Below are positions 23,423 through 32,000 of a DNA stretch of 32,000 nt, in pieces (position 1 is the stretch's first letter; the number at the start of each line of letters is the position of its first letter). The position numbers and the translations under genes are program-made. The DNA comes from Candidatus Aminicenantes bacterium UBA6072 (lineage in GTDB: Bacteria; Acidobacteriota; Aminicenantia; UBA2199): contig DIXU01000004.1 of assembly GCA_002436105.1 (NCBI GenBank), positions 40,166 through 72,165 of the forward strand. Direction: 5' to 3'. The notes under the pieces were generated by a model that saw nothing but the letters and a program-made list of their open reading frames with translations, was not told the origin of the DNA and made no database searches.

Positions 23423-24646
23423 ATGGCGTTCACCGTCCCTGAAGCATTCGAGCCCGCTCCCACCGCCACCATCATTCACGCCTACAACAGCGAGGGCATC
23501 ACCCTGCAGGCGCTCAGCGACGACGACATCTGGACGGTGATCAAGTCCTCGGGGGCCAACCTGATCGGCAAGCCCAGCATGCAGCCGCGCGTCCAGGTCA
23601 TGGACCGCTACAGCCCGGAGCGCGACATCCATATCAGCCAGGTCGAGATGTCGCTGGCCATCGAGGAGTCGCACGCCAGTTATTTCTGGGAGCGGCAGGT
23701 CTCAGGAAAGAAATCGTTCGAAATGGCCAGCATGGAGGTCAACACCTGCGGCGACTCGCTGAGCCCCAAGGTCCTGGGCACCTTTCTCGACCTCTGCGAC
23801 TATCCCGAGTTCGTTTCCTTCATCTACTTCGCCCCCACGCCGCTGCTCAAGGAACAGAAGATATCCGACCGGGAATCGCTGCGCAAGCAATGCTTCAAGA
23901 CCCCGGTCGACTGCTGGTCGCGCTACATCATCGACATCCAGGCTCCCATCGAGATCCAGGAAGGCAAGCTGTTCATCGCCCACCTGCACCGCAAGGATGT
24001 GACCCGCATCGTGAAGCGCCTGCGCGAGGAAGTCATCGAGAGGTATTCCCAGCACTCCATCAAGCTGGCCCGCAGCGACCGCAAGCTGAAGCTGATGGTC
24101 AATTCGCAGCAGGAGGAGTACCTGGCCTGCGCCTTCTACGATTGCGACCAGAAGTTCGTCAATTCCCTCTGCAACCCGCGTATCCGCGAGGACGAGGCCC
24201 TCTACCTGCTGGAAGACTGCTTCGAAGACGTGCTGCTCTCCACCGACACGCCCTTCGTTTTCGAGCATGATTTCGATCCCCCCGGCTACACCAGCGTTTT
24301 CCTGACCGGGGGCACCGGCTACATCGCCCTGCACGTCACCCCCAACCCCATCGGCCAGACAAAAAACTTCGTCGAATTCTGCGCCTACATCCATCCCAGC
24401 ATGTGGGTCTTCGAACGCGAGTCGCTGGTGCACGTCATGTGGCCGGTCCTGAAGCTGTTCCAGCCCGGAAAGGCCGAGATCCACTACCGTCTCTCCTCGC
24501 GCAACATCATGCGCGGCCGGAATATCCACCAGAAATTCATCCGCAAGCGGCTGATCGGCCTGGGCTATACCTACGAGGACCTGGTCTCGTTCTATGACGA
24601 ATACTTCGGCCGCACGTTCTTCCACCTGAACATCGAGAAAAAATAG
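23423..24646 (+). CDS. Eukaryote-type (class 2) S-adenosylmethionine decarboxylase-like pyruvoyl-enzyme fold protein
   Basis: From my memory of human AdoMetDC: LAIEESHASYF vs YVLSESSMFV (autoprocessing E-S site), EVNTCGDS vs ILKTCGTT, FDPPGYTS vs FNPCGYSM, GYIALHVTPNP vs TYWTIHITPEP, LFQPGK vs VFKPGK. Strong GC3 bias supports that it is coding. Confidence 0.6.
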   Translation: MAFTVPEAFEPAPTATIIHAYNSEGITLQALSDDDIWTVIKSSGANLIGKPSMQPRVQVMDRYSPERDIHISQVEMSLAIEESHASYFWERQVSGKKSFEMASMEVNTCGDSLSPKVLGTFLDLCDYPEFVSFIYFAPTPLLKEQKISDRESLRKQCFKTPVDCWSRYIIDIQAPIEIQEGKLFIAHLHRKDVTRIVKRLREEVIERYSQHSIKLARSDRKLKLMVNSQQEEYLACAFYDCDQKFVNSLCNPRIREDEALYLLEDCFEDVLLSTDTPFVFEHDFDPPGYTSVFLTGGTGYIALHVTPNPIGQTKNFVEFCAYIHPSMWVFERESLVHVMWPVLKLFQPGKAEIHYRLSSRNIMRGRNIHQKFIRKRLIGLGYTYEDLVSFYDEYFGRTFFHLNIEKK

Positions 24647-24739
24647 CCGTCAGGATTTCCCCGATTGCGCCGTTGCCCGGCCTGGCATATCCTTGGGCCG
24701 GGAGAGCGGGACGGGATCATTTCCCGGCCCGGAAAAACC

Positions 24740-25165
24740 ATGCGCTTACGCTTCAACCTGCAGGCGATACCCGTGGCCCTGGCCGCCCTGGGGCTTTGGG
24801 CCGTCATCGGCGGCTGGTACGTCGCCCTCGCCCCGGCCGGCCTTTCCGGTCCCGACAATATCGGCATCGTCCTTTCCACCTTCGGCGTCTGCCTTTTTCT
24901 CGCCGACCGCCTCGCCTTTCGCTGGCTCAAGGTCTCCTGCTGGGTCATCTTCTTCAAGCTCTGGTTCTGGGGCCTGATCTTCGTCGTTTGGGGGCTGGTG
25001 GAATGGCTGCGCGCCTATCAAGGCGGTTCCGGGCTGTTCTTCACCCTGCATTGGCTGGCCACCATCGCCGTCCTCGCCTTCGCCTGGCTGTTGAGCCGCC
25101 GGCCGGCGGCCGCGGCATCCCGCGGGCGCATGCGGGAATCCACCGGTCCTATTTCCCTGCGCTGA
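24740..25165 (+). CDS. Small integral membrane protein (about 4 TM)
   Basis: ATG 24740, GC3-rich frame, hydrophobic segments AIPVALAALGLWAVIGGWYVALA, IGIVLSTFGVCLFLA, VIFFKLWFWGLIFVVWGLV and LFFTLHWLATIAVLAFAWLL. The competing ORFs in other frames look like GC artefacts. Confidence 0.55.
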   Translation: MRLRFNLQAIPVALAALGLWAVIGGWYVALAPAGLSGPDNIGIVLSTFGVCLFLADRLAFRWLKVSCWVIFFKLWFWGLIFVVWGLVEWLRAYQGGSGLFFTLHWLATIAVLAFAWLLSRRPAAAASRGRMRESTGPISLR

Positions 25166-27482
25166 AAATAAATATCTTTCCCGCCAGGAAATCGCTGACC
25201 CAAACGCTGTCCTCCGCGCCCGTCTGGATCCGGCAGAGATCGTAGACGCAGTCGCCGAACTGGCCGCGCATGAAGAAAGAGCTGTTATGCCCGGCGAAGC
25301 CGGTTTCCCCGAAAGGATACGGCTCGCGGTGGCGCAGCGTGAAGCGTTCCGTCGCCGGGTCGAAAAGGATGATGAGCAGCTCGCCGGCGGTGTGGCTGGT
25401 GATCCAGAGCCGATCCCGGCACCCGGCCAGCTGGTCGGGGCGGCCTGGGAAGGGAATGGAGAACGTGCGCGGCCGGGCGCCCAGCCGGGTCAGGGAATTG
25501 TCCCCGTGATTGAGGACGAATGCGTCCGAGCCGGACAGGGCGATCTTCAACGGCTGGCGGCCGCAGCGGACATCGCTGCGGGAAAGATCGCCCTTGGCGA
25601 TCACGCTCGTTGAGTCGCTGTCGAAGTTGGTTACGTAGATCGATTCCGGGCCGACCGCCAGGGCCGTGGGGGTGATCCCGACCTCCAGGCGGCGGACGGT
25701 CCTGCCGGTCCCGGCATCGACGACCTGCAGCACCCCGTTGTCGCCGTCCGTCTCGCCCACGCGGCCGATCAGCAGCCAGTCGCGGCCGGGATCATGCGCC
25801 AGCAGCCGCTGCGTGGTCTCGCGGCTGACCGTGTCCTCGAGTTCCACCCGCATGTCCCCCTGGTTGGGAGCGCGCACCTCATCCGGGAGCGTGACGTAGA
25901 ATTGCTTCTCGTCCCCCCAGTTGTTCTGCAGGGCGAACAGGGCGCCGGCGGGGGAGAGGGCCATGGCCTGTGCCAGGCGGGGGATGCGGCGGTCGTAGAA
26001 GGTGAGGTCACTGCCGCCGATGCCCAGGATGCCGTTGCGGGCCGCCCAGATGTAGACGACCGGCCAGTAGGACTGGTGCGGGCCGTAGGATAGAAGCACG
26101 TTGCCGGCCGGGGTCGCGAGCGCCTGGTGCGGGTACGGCACCGGCAGGGTCGTGGTCGTCAAGCTGCCGTCGGGGGCGATCCGGGCCATCTGGTCCTCGT
26201 TGTTGAAGGCGAGGAACGCATCGCTGCCGGGCTGCCGCAGCAGTTCCTGCGGCGCCCAGCCGGTGCGGATCTTGTCCAACCCCCCCGTAGCCGGGTCAAA
26301 AACGGTGATGGCGGCGCCGAAGGCGCCGTTGACCGCCGTGGCGCCCAGGGGGATGTACAGCCTGCCGTCGCCGGGATGGAAGGCCATGTTGAACATGTGG
26401 GGCAGGACGGCGGGCTGCAGAAAGCGCCGGCGCAGGCGGCGCGTCTTCAGGTCCACCTGGTCGATCTCGCCGTAGGCCCAGCTGCCCACGTACAGGATGT
26501 CATGCGCCGCGTCCAGGGCGGTGGCGTCGTTGCCGTAGGCCGGGAGCAGGATCTCGCTGACTTTCCCATGGCGCTTGAAGTCGACCACGTGCAGGCTGGC
26601 GTGGTTGTCGTAGGGGATGAAGATCTCATCCCGCTCCTCGGCGTAGCCAATGCCCACCCCTTCGCTGAAGCCCGGCAAGGGGACGACGACATCGCCCGTG
26701 CCGTCGATCCTGATCTTGGCTGCCTGGATGACCTTGCGCGCCGCCGTCTCCACCACCAGCAGGATGGCTTGCTGCCGGGGGGAATAGCCAGCGTAATGCC
26801 AGCGGCCTGCGGGCTCGAGGGCCAGCGGACGCTTGCCGAGGGGCCGGATGTCGTCGGCGCTGAAAAGGTGCAGCGTGGCGGAGTATCCGTCGATGGCGGC
26901 GACGCGGCGCGCGGCGCTGTCGCAGACGATCTTGCGCGGGGGCGGCGGCGGCGTCTGGTTCAGGTTCCGCGCCGCTTCCTTCCTTTCGCTCCAGGGGATG
27001 AAGCGGATCCTGCCTTTTTTCAAGTCGAGCCACGCCAGGTCGCCGCTCTCGCGGCCGACCAGAAACGCATTGCCGTTGGCCTCGTCCACGGCCACCATCT
27101 CGAACTGCGCCCGCGTCGGAAAGGAGCGCGAGCGCCCGGTAGCGGGGAACACCACCTCCAGGGTGCGCCGGCCGATGACATAGATGTTGCCGCTGCGCGG
27201 ATCAATGGCCAGGGCCTCCGACTTGAGGTGCTGCGGCACGCGCGTGCCCACCGGGATATTGCGCACCGTCCGTCCGGGGCCATCGATGAGCGTGACCGAG
27301 GAGCTGAGGGTATTGGCGACCACCAGCCGGTTTCGCTCCGCGTCCATGCGCACCAGCAACGGCCCGGCGGCATTGACCTTCAGCCCCAGGGACGCCAGCA
27401 GGTCGACGCGGGTGATCCCGGCGCCGGCCATGACCGGCAGGGACAGCAGCATGACCATGAAAGAGATGATGCAGCGATGCAT
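25149..27482 (-). CDS. Secreted beta-propeller repeat protein (YncE/YVTN-like)
   Basis: I chose ATG at 27482 (AAGGAGG 6 nt upstream on the minus strand). Signal peptide is MHRCIISFMVMLLSLPVMAGAG. Motifs such as NRLVVANTLSSSVTLID and GNIYVIG recur. Confidence 0.8.
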   Translation of the reverse strand: MHRCIISFMVMLLSLPVMAGAGITRVDLLASLGLKVNAAGPLLVRMDAERNRLVVANTLSSSVTLIDGPGRTVRNIPVGTRVPQHLKSEALAIDPRSGNIYVIGRRTLEVVFPATGRSRSFPTRAQFEMVAVDEANGNAFLVGRESGDLAWLDLKKGRIRFIPWSERKEAARNLNQTPPPPPRKIVCDSAARRVAAIDGYSATLHLFSADDIRPLGKRPLALEPAGRWHYAGYSPRQQAILLVVETAARKVIQAAKIRIDGTGDVVVPLPGFSEGVGIGYAEERDEIFIPYDNHASLHVVDFKRHGKVSEILLPAYGNDATALDAAHDILYVGSWAYGEIDQVDLKTRRLRRRFLQPAVLPHMFNMAFHPGDGRLYIPLGATAVNGAFGAAITVFDPATGGLDKIRTGWAPQELLRQPGSDAFLAFNNEDQMARIAPDGSLTTTTLPVPYPHQALATPAGNVLLSYGPHQSYWPVVYIWAARNGILGIGGSDLTFYDRRIPRLAQAMALSPAGALFALQNNWGDEKQFYVTLPDEVRAPNQGDMRVELEDTVSRETTQRLLAHDPGRDWLLIGRVGETDGDNGVLQVVDAGTGRTVRRLEVGITPTALAVGPESIYVTNFDSDSTSVIAKGDLSRSDVRCGRQPLKIALSGSDAFVLNHGDNSLTRLGARPRTFSIPFPGRPDQLAGCRDRLWITSHTAGELLIILFDPATERFTLRHREPYPFGETGFAGHNSSFFMRGQFGDCVYDLCRIQTGAEDSVWVSDFLAGKIFIFSAGK

Positions 27483-27546
27483 TCGGCCTCCTTGACTCGA
27501 TGGTTCATGGTAGCCCGCAGGCGGCCGGGAGTCAAGGCGGCGCGGC

Positions 27547-27575
27547 TTGTCAAGACACGGACATTGGGATATCAT
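27547..27575 (+). promoter_or_regulatory. Sigma70-type promoter of tlyA-nadK
   Basis: TTGTCA (27547-27552), a 17-nt spacer and TATCAT (27570-27575), 14 nt before ATG 27590. Confidence 0.5.
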
Positions 27576-27589
27576 TGCCGGCAAGCAGC

Positions 27590-28369
27590 ATGAAGAAGGA
27601 AAGAAAAAACCGCCTGGACCGGGCGCTGGTGGAGCGCGGGCTGGCCCCGGACCTGCAGCGGGCCCAGGCGCTGGTCATGGCCGGCGAAGTGCTGGTCAAT
27701 GGCCGCATGACCGACAAGGCGGACCACCGGGTCGGGACCAGTGAAGCGGTCGCGATCAAGGCCAGGAACCCGTACGTCTCGCGCGGGGCGCTGAAGATCG
27801 CCAGGGCCGTCGAGGAGATGGCCCTGGACGTGGCGGGACTGAAGGTCCTCGATATCGGCATCTCCACCGGGGGGTTCAGCGACTTTTTCCTGCAGCACGG
27901 CGCCGCCGAAGTCTTCGGCGTGGACGTCACCATCGACCAGGTCGACCCGCGCCTGCGCGCGGATCCGCGCCTGCGCCTGCTGGAGACGAACGCCCGTTTC
28001 CTGAAAAGGGAAGACGTCCCCTTCGTACCCGACCTGGTCGTCATGGACCTCTCCTTCATCTCCATCACCGCCGTCCTGCCCGTGCTCGCCGGTTTCCCCG
28101 GCGCCCCGGCGCTGGTCCTGGTCAAGCCGCAGTTCGAGGCCCAGCGCGGCCGCGTGGGCCGCGGGGGAGTGGTCCGCGACCGCCAGGCGCGCCGGGACAT
28201 CCTGCTGCGCCTGAAACATCGCGTCGAGGAGATGGATTTCGGCGTCAGCGGCTGGTGCGCCGCCGGCGTCAGGGGGCGCCGGGGCAACCAGGAATATTTT
28301 TTTCTGCTGCGGCACGGGAAAATTAATTCCATTGATGATAAAATGATCGCCGATGCCGAAGAAATTTAA
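27590..28369 (+). CDS. tlyA: TlyA-family 16S/23S rRNA (cytidine-2'-O)-methyltransferase (S4 domain + FtsJ-like MTase)
   Basis: Motifs RLDRALVERGLA..RAQALVMAGEVLVNG, YVSRGALK, VLDIGISTGGFSDFFLQHGA, DLSFISI and LVKPQFE. Confidence 0.9.
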   Translation: MKKERKNRLDRALVERGLAPDLQRAQALVMAGEVLVNGRMTDKADHRVGTSEAVAIKARNPYVSRGALKIARAVEEMALDVAGLKVLDIGISTGGFSDFFLQHGAAEVFGVDVTIDQVDPRLRADPRLRLLETNARFLKREDVPFVPDLVVMDLSFISITAVLPVLAGFPGAPALVLVKPQFEAQRGRVGRGGVVRDRQARRDILLRLKHRVEEMDFGVSGWCAAGVRGRRGNQEYFFLLRHGKINSIDDKMIADAEEI

Positions 28370-29198
28370 GCATGCCGTGATCGTGGCCAAGCCGCACCAG
28401 GACGTGGCGCATTACCTGCGCCAGGCCATCGCCGTGCTGGACGAGCAGGGGGTGAACCATGCCCTGGAAAAGACGGCGGCCGGGCTGCTGGGGATGAACG
28501 AATACCGCGAGCGCGAGGACGTGGCACGGGACGCCGACCTGATCGTCGTCCTGGGCGGCGACGGCACGTTCCTTTCCATCGCCCGCCAGGCCGTGGAGGC
28601 GCAGGTGCCGGTGGCCGGCTTCAACCTGGGCACCCTGGGCTTCCTGACGGCCATGAAAAAGGAGTCGCTGGCCGAGGGGTTGGCGCACATCCTGGAAGGC
28701 CGCGCCGCCGTTTCCTGGCGCAAGCTGCTCCAGGTCGACTTCCGCGGCGCAAGCTACACGGCCCTGAATGACGTGGTGGTCAACAAGGGGGCCATCGCCC
28801 GCATCGTCAAGCTGCTGCTGACCATCGACGGCGACATCATGGCCGAGATGAAGGGGGACGGCGTCATCCTGTCCACGCCCACCGGCTCCACGGCCTATTC
28901 CGTATCCGCCGGCGGCCCGATCGTCAGCCCCGACGTGAACGGCATCGTCATCACTCCCATTTGCCCGCATTCCCTCACCTTCCGGCCCCTGGTCGTGCCC
29001 GACGGCGCCGAGATCGCCGTGCGGCTGCAGACCCCGCACATGGACACCATCGTGACCATCGACGGCCAAACGGCCCTGCCGTTCGACTACGAGGAAGAGA
29101 TCCGCGTCCGCGTCTATCCCAAGATGCTGCCCATGCTGGTCGCTCCGGGGACGAATTATTACCAGCTGCTGAACGAGAAATTGAACTGGGGGCTGTGA
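28353..29198 (+). CDS. nadK: NAD+ kinase
   Basis: Motifs VVLGGDGTFL, NDVVV and GDGVILSTPTGSTAYSVSAGGPIV. It overlaps tlyA by 17 nt, and tlyA-nadK is a common conserved gene pair. Confidence 0.92.
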   Translation: MPKKFKHAVIVAKPHQDVAHYLRQAIAVLDEQGVNHALEKTAAGLLGMNEYREREDVARDADLIVVLGGDGTFLSIARQAVEAQVPVAGFNLGTLGFLTAMKKESLAEGLAHILEGRAAVSWRKLLQVDFRGASYTALNDVVVNKGAIARIVKLLLTIDGDIMAEMKGDGVILSTPTGSTAYSVSAGGPIVSPDVNGIVITPICPHSLTFRPLVVPDGAEIAVRLQTPHMDTIVTIDGQTALPFDYEEEIRVRVYPKMLPMLVAPGTNYYQLLNEKLNWGL

Positions 29199-29200
29199 CT

Positions 29201-29365
29201 GGCCTAAGGCAGGAGCCAGTAGAGCATTGAGATCTCCTGTTCCAAGTTCCACGTTCCAAGTTCCAGGTTGTAAATCGTGATGAGTGATAAGTGATGCGTG
29301 ATGAGAAAGAACTGGAATTGCTCCGTTCTTCAATTACCACTATCACTATCACTACCACTAATGCC
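29201..29365. repeat. Single inverted copy of the mosaic repeat family seen at 1-460; about 165 bp with imperfect terminal inverted repeats
   Basis: The reverse complement reads ggcattagtggtagtgatagtgatagtggtaattgaagaacggagcaattccagttctttctcatcacgcatcacttatcactcatcacg, which aligns along its length with 1-90. Ends are GGCCTAAG (29201-29208) and the reverse complement of CTAATGCC (29358-29365), which is GGCATTAG. Confidence 0.85.
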
Positions 29366-29437
29366 TGGAAGGTTCCCCGCTAACACGACCACTTGTATTT
29401 CGCTTGCAGTTCGTTATAATTGCCATAGAGGTTCAGA

Positions 29438-31696
29438 ATGAAGAAAGCTGCGATCTTTATCCTTGCGGCATGGATGGCCCTGGCGGCCTATCCCGCCCGC
29501 ACCGGCGATGATTTCAATCGCGCCATCGCCTATTACCTGCTGGGCGACCTGGAACTGGCCCAGAAGAGCCTGGATGCTCATTTCAGCAGCCGGCACCAGC
29601 CGACCGTCAAGCTCGGGTTTACCCTGCTGTTCCGGGGCGAGAAGTGGGAAGCCACCAAGAAGTTCCGTGACTACCTGGAGAGCAACCACCGCTCCCTGGA
29701 ATCACTGGTCGGCATCAGCCTGGCCACGGCCGACGTCAAGAACTCACTGGCCAGCGACAACCTGAACAAGATTCTGCGCATGGACCCGGGCTTCGCTCCC
29801 GCTTATGCCTGCCTGGGGCAAGAGCACTTCCTGCGCAACGATTTTCCCGCCGCCGAGGAGTATTTCAACAAGAGCCTGCGCTACGCCAACATCCCGGAAT
29901 TCAAGATCCTGCTGGGGGAGCTTCTGCTCAAGACCGGCCAGGCGCAGCAGGCCTCCGACCTGATCCGGCCCCTGGCCGAATCGATGCCGAAGAATTATCA
30001 TTACGCCTTCCTGGCCGCCCGGGCCGGCCTGGCGCTGGGCGACCTGGAGGCGGCGTCCCGCTTCAGCGAGCAGTCCCGGAGCGCGCGCCCCGATTCCAAG
30101 GAAGCGCAGCTGCTGCGCGGGCAGCTGCTGCTGGCAGCGGGAGACCTGCGCCAGGCCAAGTCGCTGCTGGGCAAGTTGAAATTCGACTATTACAACCCCG
30201 AATACAGCCTCACGCACGCCGAGGTCCTGGTCAGGCTGAAGGACCGCGACGCGGAAAAATACCTGTACGAAGTGTTTTCCCAGGACCCCTGGCACCCCGT
30301 CATCAACAAACTGCTGGGGCTCTTCCATCTGAAGGACAAAAAGGCCAACATCCAGAACTGGATCCAGCGCGCCCTGCTCAGCGGCCTGCCGGCCCAGGAG
30401 CTGCAGAAGGAGTTCCCTTCGCAGTACCGTTTCCCGGAACGGCCAGCATTCCCCATCTTCGCCGCCAGAAGGATCCAATGGCTGGGCAATGGCCGCGTTG
30501 CGGTCGCCGGCGCGCTGCGCAGCGGCGAAAAGGAAAAACTGACCATCCTGGATGCCGCCACCCTGAAGCCGATCCAGTCGTTCGCCTATGAAGGCGCCAT
30601 CCAGGAGATCTTTTCCGCCCCGCGCCAGGACAGGTTCATTTTTTCCAGTACCGCGCCCGGGAATGAGAATGTGTATCTCTATACGCTGATCGCTGACAGA
30701 AACGGCTATCGGCTGAAGCCGGTGGTCGGTTACGCGCTGAACATGTCCAGGGTGCAGGTCGCTTTCAACGCCGACGGCACCGTTGCCTACGTCACCGACG
30801 GCAGCCTGGGCGACCTGGCCTTCCTGTCGCCGTTCTCGACGGTGGGAAGCCTGGGCCGCAGGCAGTCGATCTATCCCGATCATCCCATCGCGGTATTCAG
30901 CTACGCTTATGCCGGCGAACGCTGGACACAGGTCAGGAATCGCGAGGCGTTGCGCAATGTTCCCCTGCCGGTCGTGCGGCGTTACTTCGCCGTCGCTGAC
31001 GCCTGCCGCAACAATCCGGAGGTCGCCAAGCTCCTGGAAAAAGGGGCCGGTCTTGACATCACCACATCCGAGGAAATGAAGATCCAGTTCGGCGCCGCCG
31101 ACGACCATTTCCTGATCAGCTTTTCCGACCTGAAGAACGCCTTCCAGGCATGGGCTTACGATGCGGGCCGCAACAAGCTGGCCCGCTTCGACGAATCCAT
31201 GTTCCTCGGCGAAAAGTATTACGCCGACCTCGACGTCGTCGCCTTCCATCCCGAAAAGAACGAGATCCTGGTCCTGACCCGGGACAAGCACAGGAGCCTG
31301 TACCATTTCAACTACCGCTCCCTGCTGTACAAAAAGATCGCCGGCAACACGCTGAAGGCCGCGGTCGCCCCCGACGGCAATACCATCTACCTGATCGCCG
31401 AGAGGAGCAAGTCGCTCTATTTCAGCGAGACCACCCTGGAGATCATCCGCTTGGTCCCGTTCGCTCGCAGCAAGGTCAATTCCCGGCGCGACCTGGATGA
31501 TATCAGCGACTGTTCCGATCCCAACGCGGTCTATTTCACGACCTACAACGGCGAGCTGCTGAAGCTGGACGAGACGGGCAAATTCACCAGCCGCCAGGTC
31601 TCCCTGGCCGGCGCGCTGCACCAGGTGGCGCCCGACAAGAAAAGGGCCGCCGTCTTCATCCATGGCCGCATCCACGTCCTGGACTGGCAGGACTAG
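29438..31696 (+). CDS. Secreted protein with an N-terminal TPR region and a C-terminal beta-propeller-like region
   Basis: Signal peptide is MKKAAIFILAAWMALAAYPA. TPR-like helices run over aa ~30-330. The C-terminal half is beta-rich (DGTVAYVTDGS, DGNTIYLIAE). Strong GC3 bias. Confidence 0.8.
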   Translation: MKKAAIFILAAWMALAAYPARTGDDFNRAIAYYLLGDLELAQKSLDAHFSSRHQPTVKLGFTLLFRGEKWEATKKFRDYLESNHRSLESLVGISLATADVKNSLASDNLNKILRMDPGFAPAYACLGQEHFLRNDFPAAEEYFNKSLRYANIPEFKILLGELLLKTGQAQQASDLIRPLAESMPKNYHYAFLAARAGLALGDLEAASRFSEQSRSARPDSKEAQLLRGQLLLAAGDLRQAKSLLGKLKFDYYNPEYSLTHAEVLVRLKDRDAEKYLYEVFSQDPWHPVINKLLGLFHLKDKKANIQNWIQRALLSGLPAQELQKEFPSQYRFPERPAFPIFAARRIQWLGNGRVAVAGALRSGEKEKLTILDAATLKPIQSFAYEGAIQEIFSAPRQDRFIFSSTAPGNENVYLYTLIADRNGYRLKPVVGYALNMSRVQVAFNADGTVAYVTDGSLGDLAFLSPFSTVGSLGRRQSIYPDHPIAVFSYAYAGERWTQVRNREALRNVPLPVVRRYFAVADACRNNPEVAKLLEKGAGLDITTSEEMKIQFGAADDHFLISFSDLKNAFQAWAYDAGRNKLARFDESMFLGEKYYADLDVVAFHPEKNEILVLTRDKHRSLYHFNYRSLLYKKIAGNTLKAAVAPDGNTIYLIAERSKSLYFSETTLEIIRLVPFARSKVNSRRDLDDISDCSDPNAVYFTTYNGELLKLDETGKFTSRQVSLAGALHQVAPDKKRAAVFIHGRIHVLDWQD

Positions 31697-31727
31697 GGGA
31701 GGCGCGAAAAGGGGAGAGGCCTCGGCC

Positions 31728-32000
31728 ATGTCGACGCGCAGCGAATTCAAGCCGGTGAAGATCTTCTGCGGCCTGATCTACGCTCGGGAAGCGGCAGCGG
31801 AGGCGGCGCTTGCCCCTCTGCAGGAGACCATTTCCGCGATCGACGACCGCTCGCCGGCCATCCCCTTCGCCGCCACCGACTACTACCGGGGCGAGATGGG
31901 GGGACCCCTTCTGCGCCGCTTCGTCTCCTTCCGTGAATGGCTGCCGCCCGGGCGCCTGGCGGCGATCAAGATCGCGTCCATGCGCCTGGAGGAGACGCTC
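31728..32000 (+). CDS. DUF4416-like protein, 5' part only (runs off the window)
   Basis: This ORF is not in the supplied track because it is open-ended. ATG 31728 has GGGGAGAGG about 9 nt upstream. Translation is MSTRSEFKPVKIFCGLIY...FAATDYYRGEMGGPLLRRFVSF..L..IK, which matches my memory of DUF4416 (F..T.YY..EMG..L.R.F.SF). Confidence 0.55.
   Translation, partial: MSTRSEFKPVKIFCGLIYAREAAAEAALAPLQETISAIDDRSPAIPFAATDYYRGEMGGPLLRRFVSFREWLPPGRLAAIKIASMRLEETL

Noticed and set aside
1-29365. Inverted mosaic repeats at both ends (1-460 and 29201-29365) as the termini of a 29-kb composite mobile element.
   Set aside because: The interval contains core-like genes (tRNA-Lys, prs, tlyA, nadK) and no transposase or integrase. 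The composition is heterogeneous. A dispersed intergenic repeat family explains it more simply.

Overview
High-GC bacterial chromosomal segment. I saw no rRNA, CRISPR array, transposase or integrase. A compositionally patchy accessory stretch (about 3.4-21.3 kb, judged by eye, GC not computed) sits between host-like genes.

Left end: an array of modular microsatellite-like mosaic repeats, then tRNA-Lys(CUU). Next come a CbbX/SpoVK-type double AAA+ protein, an AT-rich insertion encoding a DUF4062-NACHT/STAND-TPR protein, a DUF1566 protein coupled to an unknown ORF, a divergent prs operon and several small unknown genes.

The most interesting locus is a same-strand operon at 11.6-20.7 kb with three genes:
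- a large protein with a possible degenerate ribokinase-like N-terminus, a P-loop AAA ATPase and two RyR domains;
- a TTG-initiated SLOG-SLATT fusion starting 9 nt after the first gene;
- a DUF4062-NACHT protein with about 14 WD40 repeats.

I do not recognise this combination as any named defence system, so I propose it as a candidate nucleotide-signalling or abortive-infection system.

Downstream lies an AT-rich gene graveyard. It holds a truncated third DUF4062 N-terminus and a decayed SLATT 3' end. That remnant shares a 35/37-nt direct repeat with the end of the intact SLATT gene, which marks the boundaries of a roughly 5.3-kb cassette.

The right third looks like core genome: a NahK-like kinase, a macro domain protein, a eukaryote-type AdoMetDC-like protein behind a consensus promoter and long leader, a secreted beta-propeller, tlyA-nadK, an inverted copy of the mosaic repeat, a TPR/beta-propeller protein and a partial DUF4416 gene.

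All domain calls come from motifs read by eye and need profile searches to confirm.
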